NCBI GenBank assembly: GCA_963795445.1
Contig: CAWCHX010000017.1
Coordinates: 281,743-345,742 of the forward strand
From: an uncultured Acidobacteriaceae bacterium
GTDB taxonomy: Bacteria; Acidobacteriota; Terriglobia; Bryobacterales; Bryobacteraceae
DNA length: 64,000 bases
Direction: 5' to 3'
Numbering within the stretch: the first letter of the stretch is position 1; every line of letters starts with the position of its first letter. Of the stretch, positions 19,530 through 30,018 are shown in pieces. The translations under genes were made by a program, and so were the position numbers. The notes below the pieces were generated by a model that worked only from the letters and a program-made list of their open reading frames with translations, searched no databases and had not been told where the DNA came from.

Positions 19530-20706
19530 TTATTCGATCCACCCGCCGCCGAGCACCAGATCGGCGTCGTAGAACACCGCAGCTTGTCCGGGCGTCACTG
19601 CCCGCTGCGGCTGATCGAAGTGAACCTCAATGCGCCCATCATCCGTAACCGGCAGCAAGGTAGCCTGAGCGGGGACATGCTTATTTCTGATTTTGACCTG
19701 CGCGCGACGCGGCGCTCGGAGCGGTGCAATGGAAATCCAGTTCACGTTTTTGGCCATTAACGACGTCTTCATCAGATCGTCGTTGCGGCCAACGATAACT
19801 CTGTGTGTCTCGGGTTCGGTAGCAATGACGTATAGCGGCTTCGCCCGCAGCGATACCTAAACCGCGCCGCTGGCCGACCGTGAAATGATGGGTTCCGCCA
19901 TGCTGGCCGAGCACCCGGCCTTCGGCATCAACAATGGGACCTTCCGTATCGGCCGGATCAATGCCCTGCTCCCGAAAATACCCATCGATGAACGCAGCGT
20001 AGTCGCCATTAGGCACGAAACAGATTTCCTGGCTATCGTTCTTTTCCGCGACCGGTAAGCCAAGTTCTCTTGCCAGCTGACGCACCTGTAACTTCACCAT
20101 GCCGCCTAATGGAAACAATGTTCGCGCTAATTGAGTTTGTGTTAAACCAAATAAAAAATAAGTTTGATCCTTGCTGGAATCTACACTGGCGCGCATCTGA
20201 TAGCGTTCCGTAGTTTCATCAAAGCTGAGGCGCGCGTAGTGGCCGGTGGCAATCTTTTCAGCGCCCACGCCGTCCGCCATTTCAAGGAATTGATCGAACT
20301 TGATGAAGTTATTGCAAAGCGTGCAGGGAATCGGCGTGCGGCCAGCCAGGTAATCCTCAACGAACGGTTTTACTACCTGCTGCTCGAAACGCTCTTCAAA
20401 GTTGACGACGTAATAAGGAATCCCCAGCAGGCCCGCAACCGAACGAGCATCGTAAACGTCGTCGAGAGAGCAGCAGCGTCCCACGGAGCCGCCCTCGGGT
20501 GTTAATTCCGGCAGTCGACGTTGATTCCAGAGCTGCATCGTGAGGCCCACGATGCGGTGACCTTGTTGTTGCAACAGTCCGGCCACAACCGAGCTGTCGA
20601 CTCCGCCGGACATGGCGACGGCAATCGGCGCTGCGGCGTCAAACGACAAGGCGGCGCTCCAGTCTGGCGGCATTGCGCAGCGTTGCCAGAGAACCTTCGA
20701 CAGCAC
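19530..20706 (-). pseudogene. mnmA: tRNA 2-thiouridine(34) synthase MnmA, frame break near 19845
   Basis: PP-loop [11 protein letters not shown] with catalytic Cys contexts (RCCSLDD, EICF). After GLGIAAGE the conserved [23 protein letters not shown]...VTPGQAAVFYD...GGGWIE* is in the neighbouring frame. The N-terminal start is uncertain and overlaps the desulfurase 3' end. Confidence 0.85.
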
Positions 20707-21832
20707 GGATCAAAGACTGCAGATCTTCGGCGGTGTTGTATCGTCCGAACGAGAATCGCACGCTCGATTGAGCTTCTTCGCGGCTACGGCCCATCGCCAG
20801 CAGCACATGAGAAGGCTCGACGGAGCCGCTACTACAAGCCGACCCCATTGAGACAGCGATGCCCTTCATATCGAGAGCGATGACCAATGCCTCGCCCGAA
20901 ATCCCCCGGAACAACAGATTGCTTGTGTTCGGCAAGCGCGAGTCGCAGGCGCCATTGATCTCGATGTCCGCCATTGGACCAAGAACCTCGGCTTCGAAAA
21001 AATCTCGCAATGCCGATAGATAGCTGATCTCGTCTGGCGTACAAAGTTCGATGGCCTTAGCAAACGCCATTGCTCCTGGAACATTTTCAGTTCCGGCCCG
21101 GCGCTCGCGCTCATGCCTGCCGCCAAATTGAATCCCGCGCAGCGGCGTGCCCTTGCGCACGAATAGACCACCGACGCCTTTCGGCCCAAAGATCTTGTGC
21201 GCGCTCATGGAGTAAAGATCCACGCCGAGTTCCTGCACATTGACGTCGATTTTGCCGAAAGCTTGAACTCCGTCCGAGTGGAAAAAAATGTTCTGTCCCG
21301 CGGCGCGGCGCTCACGCACCAGTTCAGCAATCTCTCGAATCGGCTGAATCGTTCCTACCTCGTTGTTCGCGTGCATTACGGACACGAGCACGGTTTCAGC
21401 GCGCAAATTGCGCCGGATATCTTCGACGTCCAGCAGTCCACCAGGGCTCGCGCGGACGTAGGTAACTTCAACGCCCTCGCGCTGAAGTTGACGGCACGGC
21501 TCCAAGACTGACGGGTGTTCGATGGCGCTTGTCAGAACGTGCTTGTGGTTACCGGGCAAATTTCGAATCAGGCCGAGTAGCGCCAGATTATTGGATTCGG
21601 TTCCGCCGCTGGTGAAGACGAATTCAGCCGGCGCGGCGTGAAGGTATTCCGCAATAGTTCTGCGCGATAGCTCCAATTTTTGCCGCGCTAGCTGGCCTTC
21701 TCTGTGGCTGCTCGACGCATTTCCGAAGACCTGGCGCACTGCAGCCGCCATCGTCTCAGCGACTTCAGGCGCAACAAAGGTGGTCGCATTGTGGTCGAAA
21801 TAAAGCAAATTATGAACAAAAAGCCTGCGCAA
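20639..21832 (-). CDS. cysteine desulfurase (IscS/NifS family, class V PLP enzyme)
   Basis: 397-aa intact ORF. The PLP Lys is in [12 protein letters not shown] and the persulfide Cys in GSACSSG. It sits immediately upstream of mnmA, a common pairing. Confidence 0.88.
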   Translation of the reverse strand: MRRLFVHNLLYFDHNATTFVAPEVAETMAAAVRQVFGNASSSHREGQLARQKLELSRRTIAEYLHAAPAEFVFTSGGTESNNLALLGLIRNLPGNHKHVLTSAIEHPSVLEPCRQLQREGVEVTYVRASPGGLLDVEDIRRNLRAETVLVSVMHANNEVGTIQPIREIAELVRERRAAGQNIFFHSDGVQAFGKIDVNVQELGVDLYSMSAHKIFGPKGVGGLFVRKGTPLRGIQFGGRHERERRAGTENVPGAMAFAKAIELCTPDEISYLSALRDFFEAEVLGPMADIEINGACDSRLPNTSNLLFRGISGEALVIALDMKGIAVSMGSACSSGSVEPSHVLLAMGRSREEAQSSVRFSFGRYNTAEDLQSLIRAVEGSLATLRNAARLERRLVV

Positions 21833-21883
21833 ACAGGCGCGGCTGAGGGCGATGCGAGGTCTTCAATACAATTCTAACAGCGT

Positions 21884-22688
21884 ATGAAGGCTCTTGCGGC
21901 GCCGCCGATCATCACTCTTACGACGGATTTCGGCTTAGCAGATCACTACGTCGGGACCATGAAAGGCGTGCTTTTGAGCCGCTGTCCGGAAGCGCGGCTG
22001 GTCGATATTTCGCACGAGATTCCAGCCTTTTCGAGTCTATGCCGGCGCGTATGCGATCGATCAGACCGCGCCGTATTTCCCGGCCGGAACCATTCACATC
22101 ATCGTGGTTGATCCAGGCGTCGGCACGGCGCGCAGACCTCTGCTCGTCGAAGCTCTCGAGCAATGCTTCATCGCTCCCGACAACGGCGTGCTTAGCATGA
22201 TTGTGGCGCGCGATTCAAAGGCCAAAGCCCGCGAGATTACGAATCGCGACCTCTGGCTCGAATCGCCGTCGTCAACGTTTCATGGACGAGATATATTCGC
22301 CCCGGTAGCGGCAGCGCTGGCGAGCGGCAACACCACACCGGAGGACGCCGGTCCCGTGGCCGCCGACATCGAATTATTGGCAGATCTCTTGCCCCAAGAG
22401 ACCGCGCCCGGTGTGTGGCGAGGCAAAGTACTCAGCGTGGATCGATTCGGAAATGTGATTACGAATTTCAACGCGGCAGGTTTTTCCGGCATGACGTCTC
22501 AGCCTTTCGCATTGCGCACAGGCGATCACGAAATAACGCGTCTCGGTAAAGCCTTCGGCGAGATGCCGCAAGGCCTCTGTTTCGCCTATTTCGGCAGCTC
22601 CGGATACATCGAGGTGGGTATGAACCAGGCGAGCGCGGCCAGGCTTCTGAAAACCTCGCCCGGCGATTCCATCAGCTTGCGCCTGTAG
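21884..22688 (+). pseudogene. S-adenosyl-L-methionine hydrolase (adenosine-forming; DUF62 / SAM hydroxide adenosyltransferase family), frame break near 22033
   Basis: The N-terminus IITLTTDFGLADHYVGTMKGVLL...DISHEIPAFS joins VYAGAYAIDQTAPYFPAGTIHIIVVDPGVGTARRPL only after a 1-nt shift at a TTTT run. Confidence 0.8.
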
Positions 22689-22762
22689 GACACTCTCGCG
22701 ATACAATTATCTATCCGTCCCAGAAATCGAGATCCCGGTGTCGCGCCGCGGCAATTTCGACC

Positions 22763-24655
22763 GTGTTGCACATGACCGCTACTGAGACCATCACAGCTAC
22801 CCGCGCCGCCGAGTTCCGTCAAAAGTTGCAATCCAAGATCATCGTCGCCGATGGCGCAATGGGCACGATGCTCTACGCGAAGGGCATCTTTATCAACCGC
22901 TGCTTCGATGAATTGAATCTCTCATCGCCGCAACTGGTCAAGGAAATTCATCAGGAGTACGCGCGGGCGGGCGCGGAAGTGCTCGAGAGCAATACCTTCG
23001 GCGGCAACCGTGTCCGGCTGGGCGCGTTTGGCTTCGCTGAAAAACTGCGTGCCATCAATGAGGCTGGCGTGCGCCTGGCGCGCGAGGCAGCCGGGGAAAA
23101 AGCCTTCGTCGCCGGCGCCATGGGGCCGTTAGGAACGCAAATTGAGCCATTAGGCCCAACCTCGTTTGAGGAGGCACGGGCGATTTTCCGGGAGCAGGCT
23201 GACGCGCTTATTGCTGCCGGCGTTGACCTGATTGTGCTCGAGACCTTCTACGAGCTGAGCGAATTGCGCGAGGCCATTTACGCCGCGCGTGAAGCTGCAG
23301 GGCCGGAGATGGTGATAGTCGCGCATGTGACGGTCAACGACGACGGGACTCTTCGTGATGGCACGAGTACCGAAACATTCACGCGTAGTCTCAGCGAATG
23401 GCCGGTGGATGTCATCGGCGTGAACTGCTCCGCAGGCCCTAAGGTTGCGCTTGAAACGATTGAGAAGATGCTGGCGCTGACCACCAAGCCGCTCAGCGCA
23501 ATGCCCAATGCAGGAATGCCGGCAACCGTAGAAGGCCGCAACATTTATCTCTGCTCGCCCGAGTACATGGCGCAATATGCGCGCCGATTTCTGCAAGCCG
23601 GCGTGCGGATGATCGGCGGCTGTTGCGGCACCACGCCCGAGCACATCAAGCTGATTTGCAGCGAAGTGCGTTCCCTGCAGCCTGTTCAGCATAGAACGGC
23701 CGTGGCGGCTGTTGTGGAAGAAGGGAAACCCGAAGTCAAGCGTCTCGCCAAGGCGCCGGTCGCGGAGAAGTCGAAACTGGGCGCGAAGCTGGCGGCGGGC
23801 AAATTTGTCGCATTCGTTGAGATTCTGCCGCCGCGCGGCGTAGATGCCTCGAAAGAGATCGCGGGCGCGCGACTTTGCCGCGACCACGGCATTGACTGCA
23901 TTAATGTTCCCGACGGTCCGCGCGCCAGCGCGCGATTGAGCGCGCAGGTGACTTGCCAGCTCATTCAACAGCAGGCGCAAATTGAAGCTGTGCTGCATTT
24001 CTGTTGCCGCGACCGCAACATTCTTAGCATTCAATCGGAACTGCTGGGCGCGCATACCACCGGCGTACGAAATCTCATTTGCATCACAGGCGATCCGCCG
24101 CGCATGGGCACCTATCCGGACGCCAGCGCCGTCTTCGACGTGGATGCGATTGGCCTGACAAACATCGTCAACAATTTGAACCAGGGTCTCGATATTGGCG
24201 GCAACCCGATTGGTTCTCAGACTCGTTTGTTAATCGGCGTGGGCGCAAACCCGGGCGCTCTCAACATGCAAGAAGAGCTACGCCGGTTTGCGTGGAAGGT
24301 GGAGGCGGGCGCGGAATACGTGGTCACTCAGCCCGTGTTCGATCTGGAACTGCTTGAGCTATTTCTCAAGAACACCGAACAATACGGACTGCCCATCATC
24401 GCCGGCATCTGGCCTCTCACCAGCTATCGCAACGCCGAATTTATGGTGAATGAGCTGCGTGTACCCGTTCCGCGGCAATACATGGAACGGATGCGCCGCG
24501 CGGATAGCGCGGAGAAGGCTCGCGCGGAAGGAATTCTGATCGCGCAAGAGATGTGCGGGCGTGTGCGCGCGATGGTGCAGGGCGCGCAGCTTAGCGCTCC
24601 ATTCGGCCGATATGAGATGGCTGTGCAAGTTGCCGAGGCTCTCGGCGAACGCTAA
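22763..24655 (+). CDS. bifunctional homocysteine S-methyltransferase / 5,10-methylenetetrahydrofolate reductase (B. subtilis YitJ-like fusion)
   Basis: 630-aa intact ORF. The N-terminal Hcy-binding domain has ADGAMGTML, ESNTF, and Zn-ligand Cys residues in VNCS and GGCCGTTPEHI. The C-terminal MTHFR barrel has VEILPPRG, HFCCRDRN and ITGDPP. Confidence 0.85.
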   Translation: MLHMTATETITATRAAEFRQKLQSKIIVADGAMGTMLYAKGIFINRCFDELNLSSPQLVKEIHQEYARAGAEVLESNTFGGNRVRLGAFGFAEKLRAINEAGVRLAREAAGEKAFVAGAMGPLGTQIEPLGPTSFEEARAIFREQADALIAAGVDLIVLETFYELSELREAIYAAREAAGPEMVIVAHVTVNDDGTLRDGTSTETFTRSLSEWPVDVIGVNCSAGPKVALETIEKMLALTTKPLSAMPNAGMPATVEGRNIYLCSPEYMAQYARRFLQAGVRMIGGCCGTTPEHIKLICSEVRSLQPVQHRTAVAAVVEEGKPEVKRLAKAPVAEKSKLGAKLAAGKFVAFVEILPPRGVDASKEIAGARLCRDHGIDCINVPDGPRASARLSAQVTCQLIQQQAQIEAVLHFCCRDRNILSIQSELLGAHTTGVRNLICITGDPPRMGTYPDASAVFDVDAIGLTNIVNNLNQGLDIGGNPIGSQTRLLIGVGANPGALNMQEELRRFAWKVEAGAEYVVTQPVFDLELLELFLKNTEQYGLPIIAGIWPLTSYRNAEFMVNELRVPVPRQYMERMRRADSAEKARAEGILIAQEMCGRVRAMVQGAQLSAPFGRYEMAVQVAEALGER

Positions 24656-24710
24656 ACTGACGGAATAACCTTTACCCGGAAGCATCGGGTATCGAAACAC
24701 CGCGTCTGCC

Positions 24711-25349
24711 GTGGCTACCGACCTTATTCAAATCGACGTAGAAAACCCTTATCCCGGCGCCATCGATCGAGCCGTGGCGGAGATCTGCCGTGGCGGCGTC
24801 ATCGGCGTTCCCACAGATGCGTTGTATGTGCTGGTCGCGGATCCATTCAATTTGCAGGCGGTTGGCCGCGTATTCAGCGCTAAAGGGCGTGAGACTGTTC
24901 GTTCCTTACCGATGGCGATCTCAGACACTTTGATGGCGGAGGATCTGGCCAAGGAGCTCGACAGCCGCTTCTACATATTGGCCCGCCACTTCTGGCCGGG
25001 ACCGCTAACGATCATTGTTCCAGCCGCGGCTAAGGTGCCCCTGAAAGTGACGGGGAATACGGGCCGCTTGGCTATCCGGCAAACAACTTCGAACACGCTG
25101 AACGCGCTCATCGAAAAGAGCGGACATGCTCTCATCGCTACCAGCGCCAACATCTCCGGCGAGCCCACTCTGTGCAGCGGCATAGAGCTTTTTGCCGCGA
25201 TGGACGGCCGTGTCGATCTGGTGCTGGATGGCGGGCTCTGCACCGGGCCCGGTTCTACTACCGTCGACATCACGGAACCGTTCTGGCGCGTAATTAGAGA
25301 AGGGGCGATTTCGGAAAAGGACATCGCCGATCGATTGCAAGCAAATTAG
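24711..25349 (+). CDS. tsaC: L-threonylcarbamoyladenylate synthase (YrdC/TsaC/Sua5 family, single domain)
   Basis: 212-aa ORF with a GTG start. YrdC-domain motifs are GGVIGVPTDALYVL, KGRETVRSLPM, FWPGPLT and TSANISGEP. Confidence 0.85.
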   Translation: MATDLIQIDVENPYPGAIDRAVAEICRGGVIGVPTDALYVLVADPFNLQAVGRVFSAKGRETVRSLPMAISDTLMAEDLAKELDSRFYILARHFWPGPLTIIVPAAAKVPLKVTGNTGRLAIRQTTSNTLNALIEKSGHALIATSANISGEPTLCSGIELFAAMDGRVDLVLDGGLCTGPGSTTVDITEPFWRVIREGAISEKDIADRLQAN

Positions 25350-25623
25350 CTCGCAAAATAGCCGCCGCAGCGCCATTTTCTGTTATTCTGATTCTTAAGC
25401 GTTTCCTGCGAGAGCGTACCTCTTGGTCTCCCTATAATTGATCCGATAGTCAATGTCATGGAGTCCAACTCGAATTAAGTGCTGGTGTGCAGGCTCCGGT
25501 GTCTCACGATGCTATGGAGAAGCCTAAAGGCACTCGGAGGATTCCCCCCTGCCTTCTTAGGGGTCAATGACGGAGGTCAAGCGGAAGCTCTCGCAGGCAA
25601 CGTTTTCTCCTTCCCCTCTGTGA

Positions 25624-26412
25624 ATGAACATCCTCTTCATCGGCGATATTTTCGCCTCGGGTGGCCGCAGCATTGTCGCCGATAACCTCAACGAGCTCAT
25701 CACCGCACATAAAATCGATTTAGCGATCGCCAATGCCGAGAACAGCGCCGGCGGTTTTGGCATTACGCCGCTGATTGCGGAGGAACTGCTGGCTTTGGGA
25801 TTGGACGTCCTGACTGGCGGCAATCATAGCTTCGACAAACGCGAGATTCACGACTACTACCCGCATCAGCCGCGGCTGCTGCGACCTGCCAACTATCCGG
25901 ATGGTCTGCCCGGCAGCGGGTTGTACACCGCCACAGCGCGAAATGGTGTACGGTATGCGGTGCTTAACTTGCAAGGCCGCGCGCATATGCCGAACATCGA
26001 CTGTCCTTTCCGGAAAGCGGATGAATTGTTGGCATCGCTCGATCCAGCCATCAAGATTCGTCTGGTGGATTTTCACGCCGAACTGACTAGTGAGAAAGTC
26101 GCCATGGGTTGGCACCTCGACGGTCGCGCGACCGCGATGATCGGCACTCACACGCATATCCCGACCGCCGATACACGCGTGCTTCCCGGTGGTCTGGCTT
26201 ATCAAACGGATTCAGGAATGACGGGGCCGTACGACTCGGTCATCGGCGTAGATAAGGACACCATCTTACGCCGGTTCCTGACGGGCCTCAGCGGGCGCAT
26301 GGAAGCCGCGCGCCACGGAATAGAATTGCACGGCGCCGTCATTCACGCCGATGAGAGCACCGGCAAGGCGAGCGCGATCGAGCGGATACATTGCGTTAGA
26401 GAGCGACCTTAG
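25624..26412 (+). CDS. TIGR00282-family metallophosphoesterase (B. subtilis YmdB-like 2',3'-cyclic-nucleotide phosphodiesterase)
   Basis: 262-aa ORF. Motifs are MNILFIGDI, NAENSAGGFGIT, TGGNHSFD, DFHAE.TSEK and GTHTHIPTAD. Confidence 0.85.
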   Translation: MNILFIGDIFASGGRSIVADNLNELITAHKIDLAIANAENSAGGFGITPLIAEELLALGLDVLTGGNHSFDKREIHDYYPHQPRLLRPANYPDGLPGSGLYTATARNGVRYAVLNLQGRAHMPNIDCPFRKADELLASLDPAIKIRLVDFHAELTSEKVAMGWHLDGRATAMIGTHTHIPTADTRVLPGGLAYQTDSGMTGPYDSVIGVDKDTILRRFLTGLSGRMEAARHGIELHGAVIHADESTGKASAIERIHCVRERP

Positions 26413-26437
26413 AAGAGAAGCTATAGTGGAATAGCAA

Positions 26438-26644
26438 GTGGCTTTGAGAGCAATAAGTCGGAAGGCTCCCCAGAAACGAGCAGATCGCCTTGGACTACAG
26501 CATTCTGGAAACGATCGCCCTTTATCCGATCTCGGGCGGAAGCTTCGCGCGATCAGTGACGCCGCCATTGCCGAGGGTATGTTGACGGTCAGCCTCGATG
26601 AAATCCGGCGTGAAGTGATCCGCCGGCGAGGTGGCCTCATATAA
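26438..26644 (+). CDS. putative type II antitoxin (partner of the downstream PIN protein)
   Basis: 68-aa ORF with a GTG start. Its stop overlaps the PIN frame. The C-terminal ...SLDEIRREVIRRRGG resembles VapB-like antitoxin tails. The assignment rests mainly on context. Confidence 0.5.
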   Translation: MALRAISRKAPQKRADRLGLQHSGNDRPLSDLGRKLRAISDAAIAEGMLTVSLDEIRREVIRRRGGLI

Positions 26645-27060
26645 CGCGCGTCACATACCTGGACACGGGTATACTTCTGATCGCGCACAAAGGCCCGGAG
26701 GTCTTTCGACGCCGAGCTCAGACTATCATCGGTAACCCGGATCGTAAGTTTGCGGCGAGCGCCTTTCTAGAGCTAGAACTGCTACCTAAGGCGCGTTATC
26801 ACAGGAATGACGCGGAGATTGCTTTCTACAGCGAATTCTTCTCGCACGCCTCGTTTCCTGCGGCAGACAAGCTGCTATCGATCCTCGAATTGGCTTCGAA
26901 GGAGGCAGAGAAACACGGCTTGGCCGCGATGGACGCTCTGCATATTGCATCCGCACAGGTAATGAGCGCCGTCGACTTCATCACAGTAGAGCGCAAGAGC
27001 AAGCCACTATATCGCACAACCCTCGTTCGAGTTTTGTTCCTCGACGATGTAGACGACTAA
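26641..27060 (+). CDS. PIN-domain (VapC-like) toxin; start codon unresolved
   Basis: Not in the ORF track. The frame is open from 26620 to the TAA at 27058-27060. It reads ...TYLDTGILLIA...FLELELLPKA...GLAAMDALHIASA...DFITVE..., which covers the acidic PIN residues. No ATG, GTG or TTG precedes the first conserved Asp. Confidence 0.6.
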   Translation: MTRVTYLDTGILLIAHKGPEVFRRRAQTIIGNPDRKFAASAFLELELLPKARYHRNDAEIAFYSEFFSHASFPAADKLLSILELASKEAEKHGLAAMDALHIASAQVMSAVDFITVERKSKPLYRTTLVRVLFLDDVDD

Positions 27061-27096
27061 TGCAAACTTCTGCGGCGTTCGTGTTTGACCAAAACG

Positions 27097-28338
27097 CTAT
27101 ACCCGATCAGCTGTGATTTCCACTTCCTCGCCCACTCGCTTCAGCGGCACGCGTTCCCAACGGCCGACAACCGCAGTTGCGGCGCAGTTGCCCAGCACGT
27201 TCACGCTGGTGCGGCCCATGTCCATCAGAGCGTCAACGCCCAAGATCAGGGTAATTCCTTCCTGCGGAAGTTGAAATGTCGCGGCCGTCCCGGCCAACAG
27301 CACCAGCGCCGCTCTGGGAACGCCGGCGGCGCCTTTGCTGGTCAGCATCAGCGTAAGCATCATCGTGATCTGGGTCCCCAGCGGCATGTGAACACCTGCC
27401 GCCTGCGCGATGAAGATGGAAGCGAGCGAAAGATAGAGCGTCGTTCCGGTGAGATTAAAGCTGTAGCCGGTGGGCAGGACGAAGCCGACGATGTGTTTCG
27501 GTATCCCGAACCTTTCCATGTTTTCCAGCGCCAACGGCAGCGCCGCTTCGCTGGAAGCAGTCGAAAATGCGATTAACAACGGCTGCCGCACGGCATGCCA
27601 AAAGCGCGCCATGGGCACCCGGGCCAGCAGCAATGTTGGAACCAGCACAAGCGCGAGGAACAGAACCAACGCTAGATATAGCGCGCCCACCAGCTTTCCC
27701 AATCCAAACAACACGCCAATGCCTTTCGAGCCGATCGTTACCGCAATCGCCGCGGCCACACCGAACGGCGCCACATACATGATGTATTTCGTATAGCGGA
27801 ACATCACCTCGGCTACGGCTCCCGCGAAGTTCACCACGGGCTGCGCTTTCGAGCCGATTGCCGCGCAAGCCGCTCCGAAGAGGAAGAAGAAAACTACCAT
27901 CTGGAGCACGTCATTCTGCGCCAGCGATTCGAAAATGTTGCTGGGAGCCGCGTGCTCAATGAGTTGGATCAGCGAAATCGGCTTGGCGAGAACGGGCGCG
28001 GGACTACTCTCTCCCGCTATCGTTAAACCGCCGCCTGGGCGAAGAGCGTTCACGACGACGAGTCCGATGACAAGAGCCAGCGTCGTCACCACTTCGAAGT
28101 AGACCAGGGACTTCGCGGCAATCCGCCCCATCGTTCTCAGCTCGCCCGCCGACGCGATGCCGTAGACAATTGTGCCGAACAACAACGGGCCGACAATCGA
28201 CTTGATCAGCCGCAGAAAAATGTTGCTGATCGGCGCAAGGCTTCTCGAAAATTCCGGAAAAACAATGCCGAGCAGAACCCCAACAACCAGCGCGATGAAA
28301 ATCCACGAAGTGAGCGACAGCTTCCTCACGAAGCGCAT
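27097..28338 (-). CDS. dicarboxylate/amino acid:cation symporter (DAACS, GltP/DctA family)
   Basis: 413-aa intact polytopic ORF. Family motifs are STASSEAALPL, PTGYSFNLTGTTLY and VDALMDMGRT.VNV.GN. Confidence 0.88.
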   Translation of the reverse strand: MRFVRKLSLTSWIFIALVVGVLLGIVFPEFSRSLAPISNIFLRLIKSIVGPLLFGTIVYGIASAGELRTMGRIAAKSLVYFEVVTTLALVIGLVVVNALRPGGGLTIAGESSPAPVLAKPISLIQLIEHAAPSNIFESLAQNDVLQMVVFFFLFGAACAAIGSKAQPVVNFAGAVAEVMFRYTKYIMYVAPFGVAAAIAVTIGSKGIGVLFGLGKLVGALYLALVLFLALVLVPTLLLARVPMARFWHAVRQPLLIAFSTASSEAALPLALENMERFGIPKHIVGFVLPTGYSFNLTGTTLYLSLASIFIAQAAGVHMPLGTQITMMLTLMLTSKGAAGVPRAALVLLAGTAATFQLPQEGITLILGVDALMDMGRTSVNVLGNCAATAVVGRWERVPLKRVGEEVEITADRV

Positions 28339-28342
28339 CCGG

Positions 28343-29221
28343 TCAGCGCTCTCCCCACTTCAACTTCTCCCGGAGAACGTCGAAGAAGAGACTCTTCGGA
28401 GGCCGGATCAAATGTATGCTATGCGGCGAAGCGCGACAAACGACACGATCGCCTTTAGAAAGAGGTACGCCCACCTGTCCATCGATCGTGAGAAAGGTTC
28501 CGTCTTCACCATAGACAAGAATCTGAATAACGCTCGTATCCGGCACAATGACAGGACGGTTCGTCAGCATGTGCGGGCAAATAGGCGTGAGGCAAAATGC
28601 CGCCACGGAAGGGAAAATGACCGGTCCGCCGGCGGAAAGCGAATAGGCGGTGGATCCGGTGGGGGTCGAAATAATCAAGCCGTCCGCCTTGTACGCTGCT
28701 ACAAAATGATTATCGACGTGTGTATCCAAATCGATCATCCGGGCGAGCTCGGATTTAGTGATCACAATGTCGTTCAGGGCCGAGTGCGCTGCAATCACAT
28801 TTTCCCCGCGCACCAGCTCGCAATCGATCATGCGCCGCTTGCCGATGCGATGCTCGCCGCGTAGCGCTCGCTCCAGTTCCGGAAAGAGATCCTCCGAAGG
28901 AATGGCGGTCAGAAAACCCAAATGCCCCAGGTTTACCGCGAAGAGCGGAATCTCCCGGCCTGCCACCACTCGCGCCGCCGACAGCAATGTTCCGTCGCCC
29001 CCAAGGACAATCACTAAATCCGTTCCGTCCGGCAACTCTTCGCGTGGAAAAAATTTCTCCAGATTCGCGTACTCGGCGGTCTGCCGATCGCAGCGATAGG
29101 CGATACCCCGCTCTTTCAGCCACTCGAGAAGACCGCAAACGATATCGGCAGCCCGCGCGATCTTTGGTTTCGAAATGATGCCGACCGTGGCGATCTCACG
29201 CATTTTGTTTCTGGGGTGCAA
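28343..29221 (-). CDS. nadK: NAD+ kinase
   Basis: 292-aa ORF with the GGDGTLL motif, NLGHLGFL and PTGSTAYSLSAGGP. The start may be the internal MREIATVGII. Confidence 0.9.
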   Translation of the reverse strand: MHPRNKMREIATVGIISKPKIARAADIVCGLLEWLKERGIAYRCDRQTAEYANLEKFFPREELPDGTDLVIVLGGDGTLLSAARVVAGREIPLFAVNLGHLGFLTAIPSEDLFPELERALRGEHRIGKRRMIDCELVRGENVIAAHSALNDIVITKSELARMIDLDTHVDNHFVAAYKADGLIISTPTGSTAYSLSAGGPVIFPSVAAFCLTPICPHMLTNRPVIVPDTSVIQILVYGEDGTFLTIDGQVGVPLSKGDRVVCRASPHSIHLIRPPKSLFFDVLREKLKWGER

Positions 29222-29241
29222 AGCGATAGCTTAACTTGACT

Positions 29242-30018
29242 CTATTTTGCCGGAACGTGACGGTCCCCAGCGGGACCGGCGCGGGCGTGAAGAAGGAACT
29301 CACGGTTGCCTTCCGAACCCAGGATGGGGCTCTCCATGAGTTCGGCCGTAAAACCCGCTCTCTGCAGAACGGTGGCCACTTTATCGCATGCCATGCGATG
29401 CGCCGTTGGGTCACGTACAATGCCGCCCTTTCCCACCAGCTCCCGTCCAACTTCGAACTGCGGTTTAACCAGGATGATCCAATCGCCCTGTGGCGCCATC
29501 ACATGGACCAGGGCCGGAATCAACAGCGTTACGGAAATAAAGCTCACGTCGCACGCCATCACCTCTGCCAATTCACCGATTTGCCCGAAGGTCAAGTAAC
29601 GCGCATTCACCCGCTCGTGCAGAATCACACGCGAATCGTTGCGCAGCTTCCAATCGATCTGCCCTGCGCCCGTATCCACGGCATGAACGCGCGCCGCGCC
29701 TTGCTGCAATAAGCAATCGGTAAAGCCGCCCGTCGAAGCGCCGATGTCCAAACAGATGCAATCCTTTACGCGCACGTTGAAATGCGCCAGCGCCGCTTCC
29801 AGCTTCAAGCCACCGCGGCTCACATATTTGAGCGGCTGCGCCACTTCGATTCGGGCATCGCTCGCGATGGCGCGGCCGGGCTTGTCTGCCTTCTGCCTGT
29901 CCACGCTGACTTTTCCGGCCAAAATCAGCGCTTGCGCCTTTTCACGAGATTCTACTAAGTTGCGCTCGACAAGAGCAATGTCGAGCCGCTGCTTTTTTGC
30001 CGCCACTCGCGCTTTCAC
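29242..30018 (-). CDS. tlyA: TlyA-family rRNA (cytidine-2'-O)-methyltransferase
   Basis: 258-aa ORF. N-terminal S4 domain (RLDIALVERNLVESREKAQALILAGKV), YVSRGG.KLEAAL, and the SAM motif LDIGASTGGFTDC. Confidence 0.88.
   Translation of the reverse strand: MKARVAAKKQRLDIALVERNLVESREKAQALILAGKVSVDRQKADKPGRAIASDARIEVAQPLKYVSRGGLKLEAALAHFNVRVKDCICLDIGASTGGFTDCLLQQGAARVHAVDTGAGQIDWKLRNDSRVILHERVNARYLTFGQIGELAEVMACDVSFISVTLLIPALVHVMAPQGDWIILVKPQFEVGRELVGKGGIVRDPTAHRMACDKVATVLQRAGFTAELMESPILGSEGNREFLLHARAGPAGDRHVPAK

Noticed and set aside
23150-24055. 301-aa minus-strand ORF
   Set aside because: It is antisense to the Hcy-methyltransferase/MTHFR fusion, whose motifs are unambiguous on the plus strand.
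25446-25623. Possible SRP RNA, 6S RNA or riboswitch upstream of the YmdB-type gene
   Set aside because: There is a superficial resemblance (GGUCAAGCGGAAGC) to the SRP helix-8 motif GGUCCGGAAGGAAGCAGC. However, the conserved GGAA tetraloop context and the flanking symmetric loop are not present. No other riboswitch core I know matches. It is kept only as a low-interest observation.
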